Virus record (IMG/VR): IMGVR_UViG_3300005805_000059
Coordinates: 1-64,000 of that record
DNA length: 64,000 bases
From: a virus
Taxonomy: Duplodnaviria > Caudoviricetes
Strand: one strand, 5' to 3'
Shown: positions 63,915 through 64,000 of the stretch, in pieces
Layout of the letters: each line of letters starts with the position of its first letter
Position numbering within the stretch: position 1 is the first letter of the stretch
Position numbers and translations under genes: made by a program
The notes under the pieces: generated by a model
What the model was told of the DNA's origin: nothing
The model's input: only the letters and a program-made list of their open reading frames with translations
Databases searched by the model: none

Positions 63915-64000
63915 GTATCAATTATACCACATTAAACGGCAGATTCGGTTCTTCTTAACCACTTGATGTCAGAATATGTGTTAATCTTTTCACTATTAAG

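Noticed and set aside
1-64000. Stop-codon reassignment, rRNA, integrase or transposase
   Set aside because: Long genes read through in the standard code with dense packing; no rRNA, recombinase or IS signatures recognised.

Overview
A 64 kb segment of a large, AT-rich lytic tailed phage (siphovirus-type Caudoviricetes) that probably infects an actinobacterium. The host call rests on WhiB, an FmdB-like Zn-ribbon, actinobacterial-type DnaA boxes, many leaderless genes and a gene order like large Streptomyces-type phages. Layout: (i) 1-10.9 kb is an early/accessory region of small genes in two converging blocks, with tRNA-Asp and repeat-rich non-coding islands, possibly a long terminal repeat. 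(ii) 11-22 kb holds a tail-fibre-like gene, guaB, two glycosyl/phosphotransferase genes, holin, WhiB, endolysin, tRNA-Thr and a pyrimidine-dimer glycosylase. (iii) 22-37.6 kb (minus) holds an Ntn peptidase, terminase, RuvC-like and Cas4-like nucleases, recA, MazG-like, dnaE, SSB, primase and dnaB. (iv) 37.6-64 kb (minus) holds tail, tape measure, head-tail, major capsid, prohead protease and portal genes. The strongest signals are non-coding. Sixteen promoters have the form TGTCA(G/T)-N10-TANNNT, the geometry of the actinobacterial PafBC (RecA-NDp) DNA-damage promoter. There is also a helically phased array of five DnaA boxes, a twice-repeated covarying RNA pseudoknot, and recurring GCATGC, GGACAAATC and TTACGA motif islands. 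A duplicated tail-chaperone gene appears to hard-code the G/GT pair. Protein family calls come from motif recognition by eye; no database search was run.
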